Source of the DNA: a virus
Strand: one strand, 5' to 3'
Virus record (IMG/VR): IMGVR_UViG_3300043398_000057
Length of the DNA stretch: 64,000 nt
Position numbers and translations under genes: made by a program. Below, one piece after another: positions 21,565 to 32,408 of this stretch. Under the pieces are notes generated by a model. The model saw only the letters and a list, made by a program, of their open reading frames with translations, ran no database searches and was not told the DNA's origin. Numbering within the stretch: position 1 is the first letter of the stretch; each line of letters begins with the position of its first letter.

Positions 21565-21899
21565 TTTGGCGTGATCCCCAAAGCCTTGTCAGACTTGTTC
21601 ATGTGATACTTTTGCAAAATGAACAGCAAGCAGCAAATCGCATGGGCGGCATGGTGCTTACCAGATTCTTCATCAAGTTCGATACCATCCAACATATCAA
21701 GAATGTGACGCAAAACAGCGTCATCATAACGATAGTCTTCAACGTTCATGTAGTTGCCACGGGCGTACTTTGCTGCACCCATTTCAAGCACATCAATAAC
21801 GTCACGAAATGCCGCGATGAGGTCTTTCAGAATCTATGTGGGGCGAGGCTTGCCGCCATCAAATTTAATGCCACCAAGCTCGTTCTTAGGCGTTTCCAT
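21561..21899 (-). CDS. dATP/dGTP diphosphohydrolase-like (DUF5664), TAG at codon 22
   Basis: GIKFDGGKPRPT*I...VLEMGAAKYARGNY...DEESGKHHAAHA; family pattern GK.r..Ll puts Leu at the TAG. Confidence 0.82.
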
Positions 21900-21909
21900 G
21901 GTCTTCCTT

Positions 21910-22467
21910 TCAGAAAATTGATCCCTTGAATGTCCGACACAGAATGTCGGCTTGCGCTTTCACATGCGCAACGGGATCGTTTGGGTTGTTGTATTGATCT
22001 TGCTTCACTTTGTTGACATTGATGCCAGCCAGTGATGTAATCGTGAGCATATCATGAAACCGGTAAAATGGTGCAGGTTCAGCCAAACCCAAGATTCGAT
22101 ATGCGGTCAAGATTTGACCTGCATGAGCATGTGAACCATGCGTCCAGATGCAAGGATTCTTGAACTGACTGACCCATGAGGTGAAATCGACCAAAACCTG
22201 AATGAGTTTTCTTGGATTGGTTTTCAGAAACTTTTTGTATTCAGGGTCGAAACTCTTCCAGTATTCGATAGTCTCAGGGTCAAAGTGAAAAACCGAACGA
22301 TCAATACTTCGAGGGTCAACAGCCGCAACAAAACAATCATCACTGATCGAATTCATTGTAAAGTGACACGCTGCAATATGCGCAATCGCGGCATTACCAA
22401 GCAACGAATATGTGTCAACCTTCAGCATTACATGATCTTGTTTTTCATCCATTCTGTAATTCCTCAA
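21910..22467 (-). CDS. DEDDh 3'-5' exonuclease-like (DexA-like; catalytic residues look degenerate)
   Basis: HVMLKVDTYSL, PETIEYW and IWTHGS layout; acidic motifs altered. Confidence 0.55.
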   Translation of the reverse strand: MRNYRMDEKQDHVMLKVDTYSLLGNAAIAHIAACHFTMNSISDDCFVAAVDPRSIDRSVFHFDPETIEYWKSFDPEYKKFLKTNPRKLIQVLVDFTSWVSQFKNPCIWTHGSHAHAGQILTAYRILGLAEPAPFYRFHDMLTITSLAGINVNKVKQDQYNNPNDPVAHVKAQADILCRTFKGSIF

Positions 22468-22925
22468 TAAAAATCTTCATCATCAGGGGCCACATAAAAG
22501 TATTCATGTGGGTCACACTCATACAAAATTGCTTGGAACACTGCGATTCTATCATCTTTTCCCTTCAGATTGAGGTACTTGCATGTCTGGTTTGCCAGCA
22601 CGAAACGGTTGTAGAACTTCTGCGATGTGGTTACGATAAGATTCACATCATCAAAATTTCGGAATGTGACGAAAATCATTTCTTCATCCCATTCCTTCGC
22701 GTGTTCATAATCGTGATCCGTACCAATCGGATAGTCGTAATCATCATCCAGAACAGAATCTTGAAATTCTTCAAACTTGTCTTCTTTGACAAGCACCAAA
22801 ATGTCGGTGTCGCTTTCTTCAATCGGTGGCGGTGGACTCACCGATGTTTGAGAACCTACAGCAGAGATTTGAATGATGTATTCACCGTGTTTCTCAAGAA
22901 TTTCCTTCATGTAAATTTCATGCAT
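22464..22925 (-). CDS. Putative nucleotidyltransferase-fold protein
   Basis: VGS...SDTDILV. Confidence 0.5.
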   Translation of the reverse strand: MHEIYMKEILEKHGEYIIQISAVGSQTSVSPPPPIEESDTDILVLVKEDKFEEFQDSVLDDDYDYPIGTDHDYEHAKEWDEEMIFVTFRNFDDVNLIVTTSQKFYNRFVLANQTCKYLNLKGKDDRIAVFQAILYECDPHEYFYVAPDDEDFY

Positions 22926-22936
22926 ATATCAACCTT

Positions 22937-23536
22937 TCAACGTGCCGGGTAGTCTTGAATGAGTTCTTGGATGAAACCGAACCATTCACTGTTGTTCTCC
23001 ATTTTGTAGTGACGCGAGAAATCATGAGAAACAATCGGCATCGCATAAGCGGTTAGCGAATACATGTCCGCACGATTGCGCCATTCGTCAATGTTTCCCT
23101 TATGGTCATCAACCAAAACTGTGTTTGAGTCACAGTAGTATTTCTTATCGGTGTTCTTTGAAACAAAAACAACATCATCGAAGAAATCTTTGGTGTTGCC
23201 ATACTGTGCATCCAACCATCGCAGTTTTTCTTGCATGATGATAATGGATGTGCTGCCACTTTGACCGGCAAGCGAAGTCAGGATTCGGTTCTTACCACCA
23301 TGAGACTTGTTCAACAACATCAAAGTCATGATGGTTTTCATCAGAGGTGAAGGTTCAAGTTTCAGGAAAAGTTCATTGTTGCGAACCTCGTTTGTGTACC
23401 AATCTTCAAATTCTAGAACCCCTGCAACTTGCGTGTGAAAGTTCGCGAGGTTGCGAGGGGTCATGTAGTTTTTGTGAACGTACTCGAACCATTGCGCTTG
23501 TACGTCATCCATGTCCCAATAAATTGTCAATGCCAT
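22937..23536 (-). CDS. HAD-family 5'(3')-deoxyribonucleotidase-like
   Basis: IYWDMDDV, ILTS, EKLRWL, LVDDH..NIDEW. Confidence 0.8.
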   Translation of the reverse strand: MALTIYWDMDDVQAQWFEYVHKNYMTPRNLANFHTQVAGVLEFEDWYTNEVRNNELFLKLEPSPLMKTIMTLMLLNKSHGGKNRILTSLAGQSGSTSIIIMQEKLRWLDAQYGNTKDFFDDVVFVSKNTDKKYYCDSNTVLVDDHKGNIDEWRNRADMYSLTAYAMPIVSHDFSRHYKMENNSEWFGFIQELIQDYPAR

Positions 23537-23606
23537 TGAAAGCCTTTCATAAAGTAAAAAGGGAACCGTTGTTGGTTCCCTCATTGTAGCACAAGTTCAG
23601 AAGATT

Positions 23607-24374
23607 TTACTTGGCGCGTCCATATTTTGCGGTCAAGTAAGCCTTCACGAAACCAGAACGAACAATGTCATCAAGACCGAAATCAATGAAGTATGTCCCG
23701 GGTGTGCGGCGCAGAATCGGGATGATGTGCATGAAACCAGACTTGTTACCAAGATCGTTTTGAATGTCATCACCACAAATGATCATTCGAGTTTCATCAC
23801 CAATGCGGGTGATACAGGTTTCACCTTCAACTTCAGTAGCGTTTTGAATTTCGTCAACGATGATGATGGCGTTATCGAACGTGTTACCACGCAAGAATGA
23901 GGTGCACTCAAATTCGATCTTACCAAGTTCCTTCAGATTGTCGTAAGAGTTGCGGAACTTGAACAGTTTATCACAGATTGCACGATAGGGTGCTTCATAT
24001 GGCGCAATCTTGTCTTCCATCTCACCGGGCAAGAAACCGATTTCGCGAGATGGCACAACTGAGCGAAGAATCACGATCTTTTCATATGGTGTTTCAGGAT
24101 CAAGAACTTCCTTCAGTGCCATGTACATTGCCAAGAAAGTTTTACCGGTACCGGCATAGCCCAACATGGACAAAACTTGAATCTTTTCGGAATTGAATGC
24201 ACTAAATGCTTCTGATTGATGTTCGGTCAAAGCATCAATATACTTGAGGTCTTTCAATGTAAATGTCTTTTTGATTTGTGGTTTGACAGGTACCACAACA
24301 TCCTCAAAAATTTGAGATTCTGTCTTTTTTCTACGGGCAGTTTTGGTAGCGAAGCGTTGTGCAGACTTTGACAA
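23607..24374 (-). CDS. phoH: PhoH-like ATPase
   Basis: GYAGTGKT, IGFLPG, FLRGNTF, VDEIQN, TRIG, DIVRSG. Confidence 0.95.
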   Translation of the reverse strand: MSKSAQRFATKTARRKKTESQIFEDVVVPVKPQIKKTFTLKDLKYIDALTEHQSEAFSAFNSEKIQVLSMLGYAGTGKTFLAMYMALKEVLDPETPYEKIVILRSVVPSREIGFLPGEMEDKIAPYEAPYRAICDKLFKFRNSYDNLKELGKIEFECTSFLRGNTFDNAIIIVDEIQNATEVEGETCITRIGDETRMIICGDDIQNDLGNKSGFMHIIPILRRTPGTYFIDFGLDDIVRSGFVKAYLTAKYGRAK

Positions 24375-24433
24375 GGTTTGTTCTCCTTGATTCAGTTAAA
24401 GAAAAGCCCCAACGATGCGGGGCTTACGGGAAC

Positions 24434-24694
24434 TCAGGAATTCAGTGCGCTAGAGGTCTTATCGAGGGTCGAACCCGGGCAGTTTGCGTGCATGTGCTTT
24501 AGCACATCCTTGAAACCATCGGGAACCTTCAGACCACCAGAACCGGCCACAATTTTGATAGGCGTCACAGTCTTGAAAATTTTTCCACCACACTTTTGGC
24601 AAGGTGTTTCACAAGGCTTTTCTCGGTTTGAAATTGATTGCAGATCATCAAAAACATTGTCACATGATTCACATGCATAGGTGTACAGCGGCAT
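24434..24694 (-). CDS. FmdB-like zinc-ribbon protein
   Basis: MPLYTYACESC...PCQKCG. Confidence 0.8.
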   Translation of the reverse strand: MPLYTYACESCDNVFDDLQSISNREKPCETPCQKCGGKIFKTVTPIKIVAGSGGLKVPDGFKDVLKHMHANCPGSTLDKTSSALNS

Positions 24695-26256
24695 TAACTC
24701 TTTCTCCATTTTCCATTGATGATTGTAACCAATTGTCGCTTTCCGTTGTTGTGGATAATGCAGTTTGTATGTAACCAGCTTGATGGGCCAGTCAAATACT
24801 CCAAATCCATTCTACTTAGAGTGCCAACTTGGAAACAACCATTTTGAATACCGGGGGTATGCGAGTGACCGATAATCAGTTTATCACCAATCTTAGCCAG
24901 ATTTTGAATACTGCCTCTCGCACCATTGGGACCACTGTGACCATGAAGACCACATTCGATACCAGCGATATTCACAGAACCATTTGAGAATTCGATGTTG
25001 CCACAAATTCCCTTAGATTCCCAAAGAGTGTCACGGAAAATTTCAAATGCAGACTGCGACTTACCAGTTTTCTCAATTTGCTGAAGTTTTGTGTACATCA
25101 GGTAATGGTAGATTTTCGCATTCACATAGTCATTTCGAATGTCAGCACTATTCAACCACTGCTCAACATGGTCATGGTGATTCGATGAAACGATAATGGA
25201 TTTTGAGAATCTTGGCGTTGTCATTGCAAGATGATCCAAAGTCAGTCGCATTTCTCGTTCAATCGAATTCATTCCAGAACTCATGTTCTTGGTGAACCGG
25301 GTGAAGAAATCATTGTTGTGCCACTTGGAAACACTGTAGGAATCCAGAACATCATGGCGAACAATGACTTGAGGTTTCAGAACGTTCACCATAGATTTCT
25401 TATCGAAGAACGTTGCATCAGCGGCCTTTTCATCTGAGAACAAAACGTGTTCATCACCACAGACCAATGCGGCAACACTACACTTCGAACCATTGCTTGT
25501 TTCATCCCATCGTTCATCAAGGTCATAGAACCCGCCTGTATGGTCAGCAAACAGTTGTCGAAGGTGGAAGGTACTACCTTCATCAAATTCGATTGCAACA
25601 GCCGCAAAACAATGATGGAAAGAGGCTTGATAACCAGCCTTTGATGCCGAATAGTTGTTCTTGGATGAAATACTACCAGTTGAATGTAGAATGATAGGTT
25701 CATTCCATGGATTCACCGGCAGAGACTTCATCTGAACAACCGAATGCCCGACGATTGTTGTAATACCTTCACACAGCTTATCAATACCGGTCAGAGGGTG
25801 GGTTGCGGTCGCTTGAATGTTGCAATCGCCAATGATCTTGAACTTATCTTTCCATCGAACAGTTGTATCAAGAAAATACTTTGTGGCGCGGGTAGGCCAA
25901 GTTTTACCACCATCCTTGTGCATGGCGGAAGGGTTTTGATACTTGATAGGAATCACAAACAGTTTGAAGTTTTTGCGTTTGCAAAACTTCTCAAGGTTTG
26001 TCAAAAAGCTATCATTGATGGGCGTGTCATTGATGCAAGATGTTACAACAATACCACGATAAGAAGGATAAGCATACTCAAAGTCAACAGAGGGAAGAAT
26101 CGGGTTAGATTTGTTTGCAACTTCTCGAACAAACTTCTTATCGCTTTTTGTGACATGGTTACATTCCTCACATTCATAGTGGTGCTAACTTTTCTTACCG
26201 GCGAACCGTGGGCCGATATATCGTGTTTTGTATGATCCACAACTTTCACACTTCAT
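24694..26256 (-). CDS. Zn-ribbon + metallophosphoesterase protein, 520 aa, TAG at codon 24
   Basis: MKCESC...KKS*HHYECEEC is in frame with the 436-aa ORF; GDEH, HDVLD, SNHHD, HGH, GHSHTP motifs. Confidence 0.8.
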
Positions 26257-26285
26257 CTAGTATTTCCTTTACACACGATTAAGAA

Positions 26286-26306
26286 CCAAAGGGGCCGAAG
26301 CCCCAT
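26286..26306 (-). terminator. Intrinsic terminator hairpin
   Basis: GGGGC TTCG GCCCC followed by TTTGGTT on the minus strand. Confidence 0.6.
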
Positions 26307-26319
26307 TCATAGGTATCTA

Positions 26320-26577
26320 TCAGTCCTGATACAGACAAATCAATCGATAACGATTGTAGGTAACACGACGACCCGAACGAACCTTGGTTACCGGTTCAGA
26401 AATAATGTTGAAACCATCAACAATGCAACGCTTTCGCAGACGACAAATTTCAGCGGTGGGCTTTTCAATCTTGAACTGTGCCCGAATCTGTGCAGAGGTA
26501 AGGGGTCGATCCTTCAGTGCCAGATACAGGCGTTCGATCTTTGCAGTCTTCTTAACGGTCTTGGTTGTCTTGGTCAT
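26320..26577 (-). CDS. Putative winged-helix DNA-binding protein
   Basis: LTSAQIRAQFKIEKPTAEICRLRK helix-turn-helix pattern. Confidence 0.55.
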   Translation of the reverse strand: MTKTTKTVKKTAKIERLYLALKDRPLTSAQIRAQFKIEKPTAEICRLRKRCIVDGFNIISEPVTKVRSGRRVTYNRYRLICLYQD

Positions 26578-27008
26578 GTAGATTTCCTTCTATAAGTTTT
26601 GTAATCGATGCCAGCTTCGATAAGCATCGAGATTGAAAAATCAGGGTTCCAACGTTCGGCAAACTCTGGTTCGGGCTCATACCACACAACGCGAGAAATG
26701 CCACTCTGAATCAGCATCGATGTGCAGTTTGAACATGGTGGATGGGTGATATAGATTGTAGCACCCTCAACCGATGTTCTTGCAGTGAGTCTAGCATTCA
26801 ATTCAGCATGAATTACGGTCTTGTATTTGATTTCTCGGGTTTCAAGATACCTTTCATCATCTAACCCGGATGGAATACCGTTGAAACCCTATGAAATGAT
26901 TCGGTTATCCTTGACAATGGTAGAACCAACTTGTGTTGAAGGGTCTTTCGACCACGACGACACAAGTTGTGCCATCTCAAGATACCGTCTATCCCACTTT
27001 TCAGACAT
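26574..27008 (-). CDS. cd: dCMP deaminase, TAG at codon 40
   Basis: SKDPSTQVG...RIIS*GFNG...HAELNA...PCSNC. Confidence 0.9.
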
Positions 27009-27504
27009 TATCAAACGTGTGAACAAAGGGCTTCAGGTCGGGTGGAGTCCAGCCTTCAGGCTTGAGAATCTTACCGTCTTCACGCTTGATGCAAACACCG
27101 GTTGTCGGATCGATCTTAGCCAGATTGGAACGGGCAACCTCACGCCAAGCACCATCGAAGTCCCAATTCATGCGTTGACAATGATCAGTTGCAAACGTCA
27201 TGAAATTAAAGAATTCCTTGACATTTTCATTTTCCGACATAACAATGTCGGTGTAGTCATTACCCTCAGAAACGAACTTACCAATCCATACCCATGCGGT
27301 ATCACACAGACCATCAAGGTGTTCGACATAGTTTTCAAAAGTTGGTGCGCCAGAAGCAGCAGCAGCAGTTTCTTGTTGTTCTTCGGTGATCAACTTTTCA
27401 TACAGTTGAACTTGTTCAGGGTTGTTCACATCAATGGTCTGACCAGCGGCAGACATGAAAGTGACAACATCGGAAAACATATCAATCAGAGTCAGTTCAC
27501 TCAT
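27001..27504 (-). CDS. NTP pyrophosphohydrolase (PRA-PH/MazG-like)
   Basis: LITEEQQE, DGLCD, EVARSNLAK, REDGKILKPEGW. Confidence 0.85.
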   Translation of the reverse strand: MSELTLIDMFSDVVTFMSAAGQTIDVNNPEQVQLYEKLITEEQQETAAAASGAPTFENYVEHLDGLCDTAWVWIGKFVSEGNDYTDIVMSENENVKEFFNFMTFATDHCQRMNWDFDGAWREVARSNLAKIDPTTGVCIKREDGKILKPEGWTPPDLKPFVHTFDNV

Positions 27505-27687
27505 TTCATTCCTTTTCTTCGATGATTGGGATTTGCGGGTCTTCAGCCAAAATATCATCAATTTTGACAACGCCTTCGATTTTCTTACACACATCACACT
27601 GAAAACCAATGTAGATTCCTGTACCTTCTTGAAAGGTACAGATTCTACCATTGTAACGGTTTGTGAGATGTGCTAACCAGTGGAACA

Positions 27688-28362
27688 TTACTTCTTCCTT
27701 GCTGCAACCTTCTTAGCTGGAACCTTCTTTGATGCAACCTTCTTCGCGGGTGCCGCAGATTGAAGCAGTTCCATAGCTTCGAAGTATTCCTTACGCTTTT
27801 GCAAACGTTCAATGATTTGTTCAGCATCAAACCAGAATTCCATACCCATGATGACCTTTTCAATTTCGTCTTCTGAGAGGAAACCTTCATAAACCTCATG
27901 CACGAACTTGTTGACCCACTTGTTCGAGAATGAGGCGTATGCGTTGATGTTGTTGTCGGTACCACCATAGCCGTGCGATGCGGTATGGATCATCATTGTA
28001 GCACCGGGAAGAATGATTTGTTCGTCACATCCCAAAAGAATCATGGAACCGGCAGAGGATGCCGAACCAACATGAATGCCGCGAATGTGCGCTTTGGTGA
28101 TAGCCATCGCATCAAGAATTGCGCGGCACGATTCCATCATACCACCGGGGGTGGCAAAGAACATGTCAACTTGATCACTCTCAGTCGCAGAGTAAAGAAA
28201 GTCAAGCAGTTTTGAATACTGCATAACATCCACAATGGGACCATAGAACCGTGCCTTGGCAACGTAGTTCGTCAGTGGAATCTACTCAAGCTCAAATGGC
28301 ACCCGCGTTTCATCTTCATCAAGATCGATTTCGGTCTTTGGAGTTGTCTTTTTGGTTGTCAT
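27688..28362 (-). CDS. ClpP-like serine peptidase, TAG at codon 27
   Basis: TPGG, ASSAGS, MIH motifs; upstream ATG with RBS is in frame through FELE*IP. Confidence 0.8.
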
Positions 28363-28371
28363 CGGATTCCT

Positions 28372-28851
28372 TTACAGGTAGGGTTCCCAAGTATCGGGGA
28401 ACGAACAATTTGCACCACAATCGCGGAACAGGGGAGCAATTTCTTCGGGAGTGTAACCGGCAAGACCGCAACCAATACCGGTAATGAAAAAATTCAGATC
28501 GAAGTTGTCTTTGGTAAACTTCACGAACTTGGCGACGTACTTGAAGATTTCTTCGATTTCCATCGTTTGAATGTATTCATCCTTGGTGGGGATGGCGTAG
28601 GTCTTACCCGTGATACCATCCCATTCACCCAGCTTGGCACCAAGGTGATCCATGGCGTAACGTGCTGCGCCAGCACCATGAACACCACGCTTGTTGGAAC
28701 CAAAAACAAAAAATTGGTCGGGTTCAGGTCCCGAACCATCAACATGGAACTTGCGGCGCTTGTTGCCAAAAATGGCATCGTAGTTTTCGCGATACACTTG
28801 GTTACCCCACTTGGTGATGATGTTATCGCCAGTAATGTCATTCTTGCTCAT
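28372..28851 (-). CDS. Macro-domain-like phage protein
   Basis: FVFGSN..G.HGAGAA, YAIPTK, TGIGCGLAG. Confidence 0.7.
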   Translation of the reverse strand: MSKNDITGDNIITKWGNQVYRENYDAIFGNKRRKFHVDGSGPEPDQFFVFGSNKRGVHGAGAARYAMDHLGAKLGEWDGITGKTYAIPTKDEYIQTMEIEEIFKYVAKFVKFTKDNFDLNFFITGIGCGLAGYTPEEIAPLFRDCGANCSFPDTWEPYL

Positions 28852-29050
28852 GATTAACCTTCAGTCAAAATTTGCTTGTGGAAACCGGTAACGCTTTCAC
28901 CAAGTTGGTTGTAGCGATCACCGTTGTTGTCAACGTATTCTAGCACAGTGTTCCCGGTAATGGGGTCATTGTACGTCACAACCGAAGTGATTGTGACAAA
29001 AGTTTGATCAGATTTTTGATAAGTCTTGCCAAGTTCCATGTTATGACTCC

Positions 29051-29470
29051 TTATTCACATTGAATTGCTACACACGAGAACTTTTTCTCCGCTTGCACGG
29101 AGTGTAGCACACGGTCGCTGAATTTGTACCATGATCCCTTAACAAGCTGCACATAAGAGTTTCCAACATGCAGATAAGCATGATACCCCGGGTCGGAAAG
29201 AACACCAAACAGACTGTAGTTCGTGTCAATCTCGCCAACAGGGTCATCAGTATGAGGAACAACGTTTTTCACATTCAGTGCAACAGCACTCGCATATGAA
29301 TACACCAAACCTTCAGGAAAAAGATGATGAAGTGTTTCGGGAATGGAAACATTGAATTCGGCGTCTCCATTTTCTTTGACGAACTTCAAAAGTTCTTTGG
29401 GAACATAGTCGCAACTGATAAGTTCAATCTTTGGCATTTTCGGTTTCCGTGGTTTGATCGGTGTCCACAA
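29051..29470 (-). CDS. Putative 2OG-Fe(II)/cupin-like protein
   Basis: PHTD...LHSV motif. Confidence 0.45.
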   Translation of the reverse strand: MWTPIKPRKPKMPKIELISCDYVPKELLKFVKENGDAEFNVSIPETLHHLFPEGLVYSYASAVALNVKNVVPHTDDPVGEIDTNYSLFGVLSDPGYHAYLHVGNSYVQLVKGSWYKFSDRVLHSVQAEKKFSCVAIQCE

Positions 29471-31118
29471 TCACTTTCACACTCTTTGTCTTGGTGTGCA
29501 GACAGTTGAGAAACTCCAAAGCATCAGCTTTGTATTCTTCACACACCTTAGGGTCTTCGAGTGCCGCACTGAGCCATGGTGCAATTTTATGGCATGACTC
29601 GATGAACATGGCGTCAAAAACCGCAAAGTATGCAATTTTGTGAGAACTCATAACATCAACCCAAATTGTTGGATGTGAGGTAATCTTGCAACAGTTCTTC
29701 GGCGGTTCGATGACCCTCAAGGATGCCAGAAATTAGCGCAAATGCATGATCCAGAGACTTGCTCACATCATCAGGCGAGACACTGTATTCGGTGCCGACA
29801 CGGTATGACCGCTTCAGTGCTTCGGGCGAAAACAGGAAAGATTGCGTCATGGTAACCCACTTCATGCGGGACCGGCTGTAAATTTCAAAATTCTTCGAAG
29901 AGTCGGAGAACCAAATCTTGAAAATTTCCGCATGAGGTCGGGGAGTGACAGAAACAGGTTCAGCCGTTTCATACGGAAGAACAGCCGAACGTGGGAACCA
30001 AAATGTTTCATGCAGTGTAGTGTTGTGAACATTGATCATTTTATGACGGATGGAATCACCAAGAGGAGTGTCGAAAATTACAAGTTCTTGATCAGCTTTT
30101 TGCGAATCAATGAAATTCTGAATGTCACTTTCATAATACCCAATACCATCCCAAATCGGACCATCACCCTTTTCGATGATATCGATATCCAACAGAACAC
30201 GTTGACCGGGGTAAAAATTAGTCATATAAACCTTTCAGGAAATTTTGGGGAGATATTCTTTTTCGATATGATCAGCGATTTCAGAGAAAGTATACCCTTC
30301 ATCGTTCATATTTGCAACATCAAGTGCGTCATCATGACTCATACCCACATATGTTGTAATTTCTTCTGGTGGCATTTCGGTGTCTCTAATGTTCCCAAAT
30401 CCAACAAAAGCAAATTGACCATCTTGATTGGGAGCATACCACTTGTTACCACCATCTTTCGATGCTAGGTCACAAAGAACGCCAAGACAACAGAACCCTT
30501 CATCATTTTTCAAACAAGACTTAGTTTGTTTGTACTTTCCAGAACGAAGGGTTTTGATCCACAGTTTCATAAACTCTTTCGGTGTGCGATAACGAATCTT
30601 CTTAGCCATTTTTCACCTCTTCGAAATTTTGTTCATCGACGTACTTGTAGCGACTATAGTGTGCAGTGTACATGTCTGAGCTATGTGGCTGAAAAGAACT
30701 TTGTGAACCGAGATGAAGGTTAAGTGACCAACCACCATCTTCACATTCTTCGCGTTCCTTTTCGGTCAAATACTCACGCGCAGCATCCTTGTCATACACC
30801 ATCTCTCTAGGGATAAGCATTGATCGATGTTCATGAACAAGTTTCTTACCAACCTTACCAAGACTGCGAACAGTTGCCTTACCGGTTGCTTCAGAACCGG
30901 CCAGCATGTTTGCAATGTCTTCGGGCTTGAGTTGAATCTCGATGAAACCAATTCGTGAGTTGGTGTCAACCACCGAGATAAAAAATTGACCATCCTTATC
31001 AGGATCACTGGAATTTCTGCGAGAGATACGAACTTCAACGTCAAATTTGTCTTGTGCCATGATTGTCTTTCGGTCAGTGGTCTATAACAATGAACTCATT
31101 ATAGACCACTTTTGAAAC

Positions 31119-32075
31119 TTATGCAAGTGCCAGAAGTTGTTCCAGTGCAGAATTCTTCAGAGAGTTGCCAACACCGAACTCGGAATTGTTGAACTGGTGC
31201 GAAGCATCACGCTTGCCGGTACCATGGGTTGCCATTTCGGTCACAGCGTTCAGAACACCCCATTGGGTACCATACGAAAAATCTGCGCCAGCACCATTCT
31301 TGTAAAAGTGCATCAGGGCATCAGTTTGACGCGAAACGGTCAGCTTGGTGGGGTCGATGTTCTTGGGGTTCACCAGTTTGTTAAAAAATTCAGCAGCGAA
31401 GTCATCAGTGACCTTCTTTTCTGCGAAACCCTTCAGATTGGTGATGAACGAATCCCACGACGAATCAATCAGACCCAAATCAACCTTGAATTGCTTGGGG
31501 TCGAATGCGCTTGCATGGGTCTTGCGAACACTGCTACCTTGACCACGCAGTGCAACTTGCAAAGTGTTGTTGCACACAGTGCGAGTCGATGTGAACTTTG
31601 CTTGAGTCGAAAGCGAACCATCAGCCGAAGTAACCAGCAGCAGTTGACCCTTGATTTCGTCACCGGGAACAATGAAAGCATTCTTGCCGATTTCGGCAGT
31701 GGCCCAAAAACGCTTACCGCCGAACAGGGTGCCAGCAGCAGACAGCTTCATTTTGTTGGTTTCCGTGAATTCACGGAAAAATTCCAGAACTTCCTTGGGT
31801 TGCACAACGTGGTATTCTTCACTCACGATACCCAGCACATCGGTCGAGTCCGAACGGTACAGAACCTTGTTTTGGGTGTCGGTGATCAGACCACCGGCAG
31901 TTTGGAAACGAACATTCGATTCCATGATTTCCCAATCCATACCAGCAGCAGTTTGCCACTGTTCGATGGTTTGGTTTTCGGGCAGGTATTGACCCAAACC
32001 GTGCCAAACTTCCTTGCGGTCACCGAGTGCGGCGAATTCGATGAAACCATTCTTGCGTGCGGTCAGTTGGTGCAT
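31119..32075 (-). CDS. DUF932/TIGR03299 family protein
   Basis: WHGLG, AGMDW, YHVVQP, AGTLFGGK, TSADGS, RTVCNNTL. Confidence 0.88.
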   Translation of the reverse strand: MHQLTARKNGFIEFAALGDRKEVWHGLGQYLPENQTIEQWQTAAGMDWEIMESNVRFQTAGGLITDTQNKVLYRSDSTDVLGIVSEEYHVVQPKEVLEFFREFTETNKMKLSAAGTLFGGKRFWATAEIGKNAFIVPGDEIKGQLLLVTSADGSLSTQAKFTSTRTVCNNTLQVALRGQGSSVRKTHASAFDPKQFKVDLGLIDSSWDSFITNLKGFAEKKVTDDFAAEFFNKLVNPKNIDPTKLTVSRQTDALMHFYKNGAGADFSYGTQWGVLNAVTEMATHGTGKRDASHQFNNSEFGVGNSLKNSALEQLLALA

Positions 32076-32092
32076 TTCAAAACTCCATTCAT

Positions 32093-32143
32093 GTTTAAGG
32101 TGAAGACAGTGTAAGAGATTTTTCAAACACTGTCAAGAACTTT
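32093..32143 (-). promoter_or_regulatory. Second early promoter family (also 57617-57688 and 58696-58757)
   Basis: TTGACAGTGTT...TACACTGTCTTCACCTTAA with GACAGTG/CACTGTC inverted repeat overlapping -35 and -10. Confidence 0.75.
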
Positions 32144-32408
32144 TTAAGACTTTTCCGAAAGTTGTTCAGCAACAACATCCATCGCGTGACTTTCATCAAC
32201 AACCTTGATGGCCCAAAAATGACCATCGATCAGAACATTGTTTGTTTCGCGATCAAAGAAAGCGACGATCTTGTTGTTCTCGTCACGAATGATACCGCTG
32301 CGAAACATGGTGTGCTTGGCGTTCATGATGTTCACTTGAAAGTTGTGTTGCGATGGAATGAATTATGGGGCCGAAGCCCCATCTTGTCAACACCTATTTG
32401 AAAACTTT

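Noticed and set aside
27688-28362. ClpP-like peptidase as an RF1-destroying factor
   Set aside because: No sequence support; ClpP-like genes are common in standard-code phages, and this gene itself needs amber readthrough.
12870-32114. Long plus-strand ORFs (e.g. 12870-14258, 17967-19100, 31137-32114)
   Set aside because: Antisense shadows of well-supported minus-strand genes, with no recognisable motifs.
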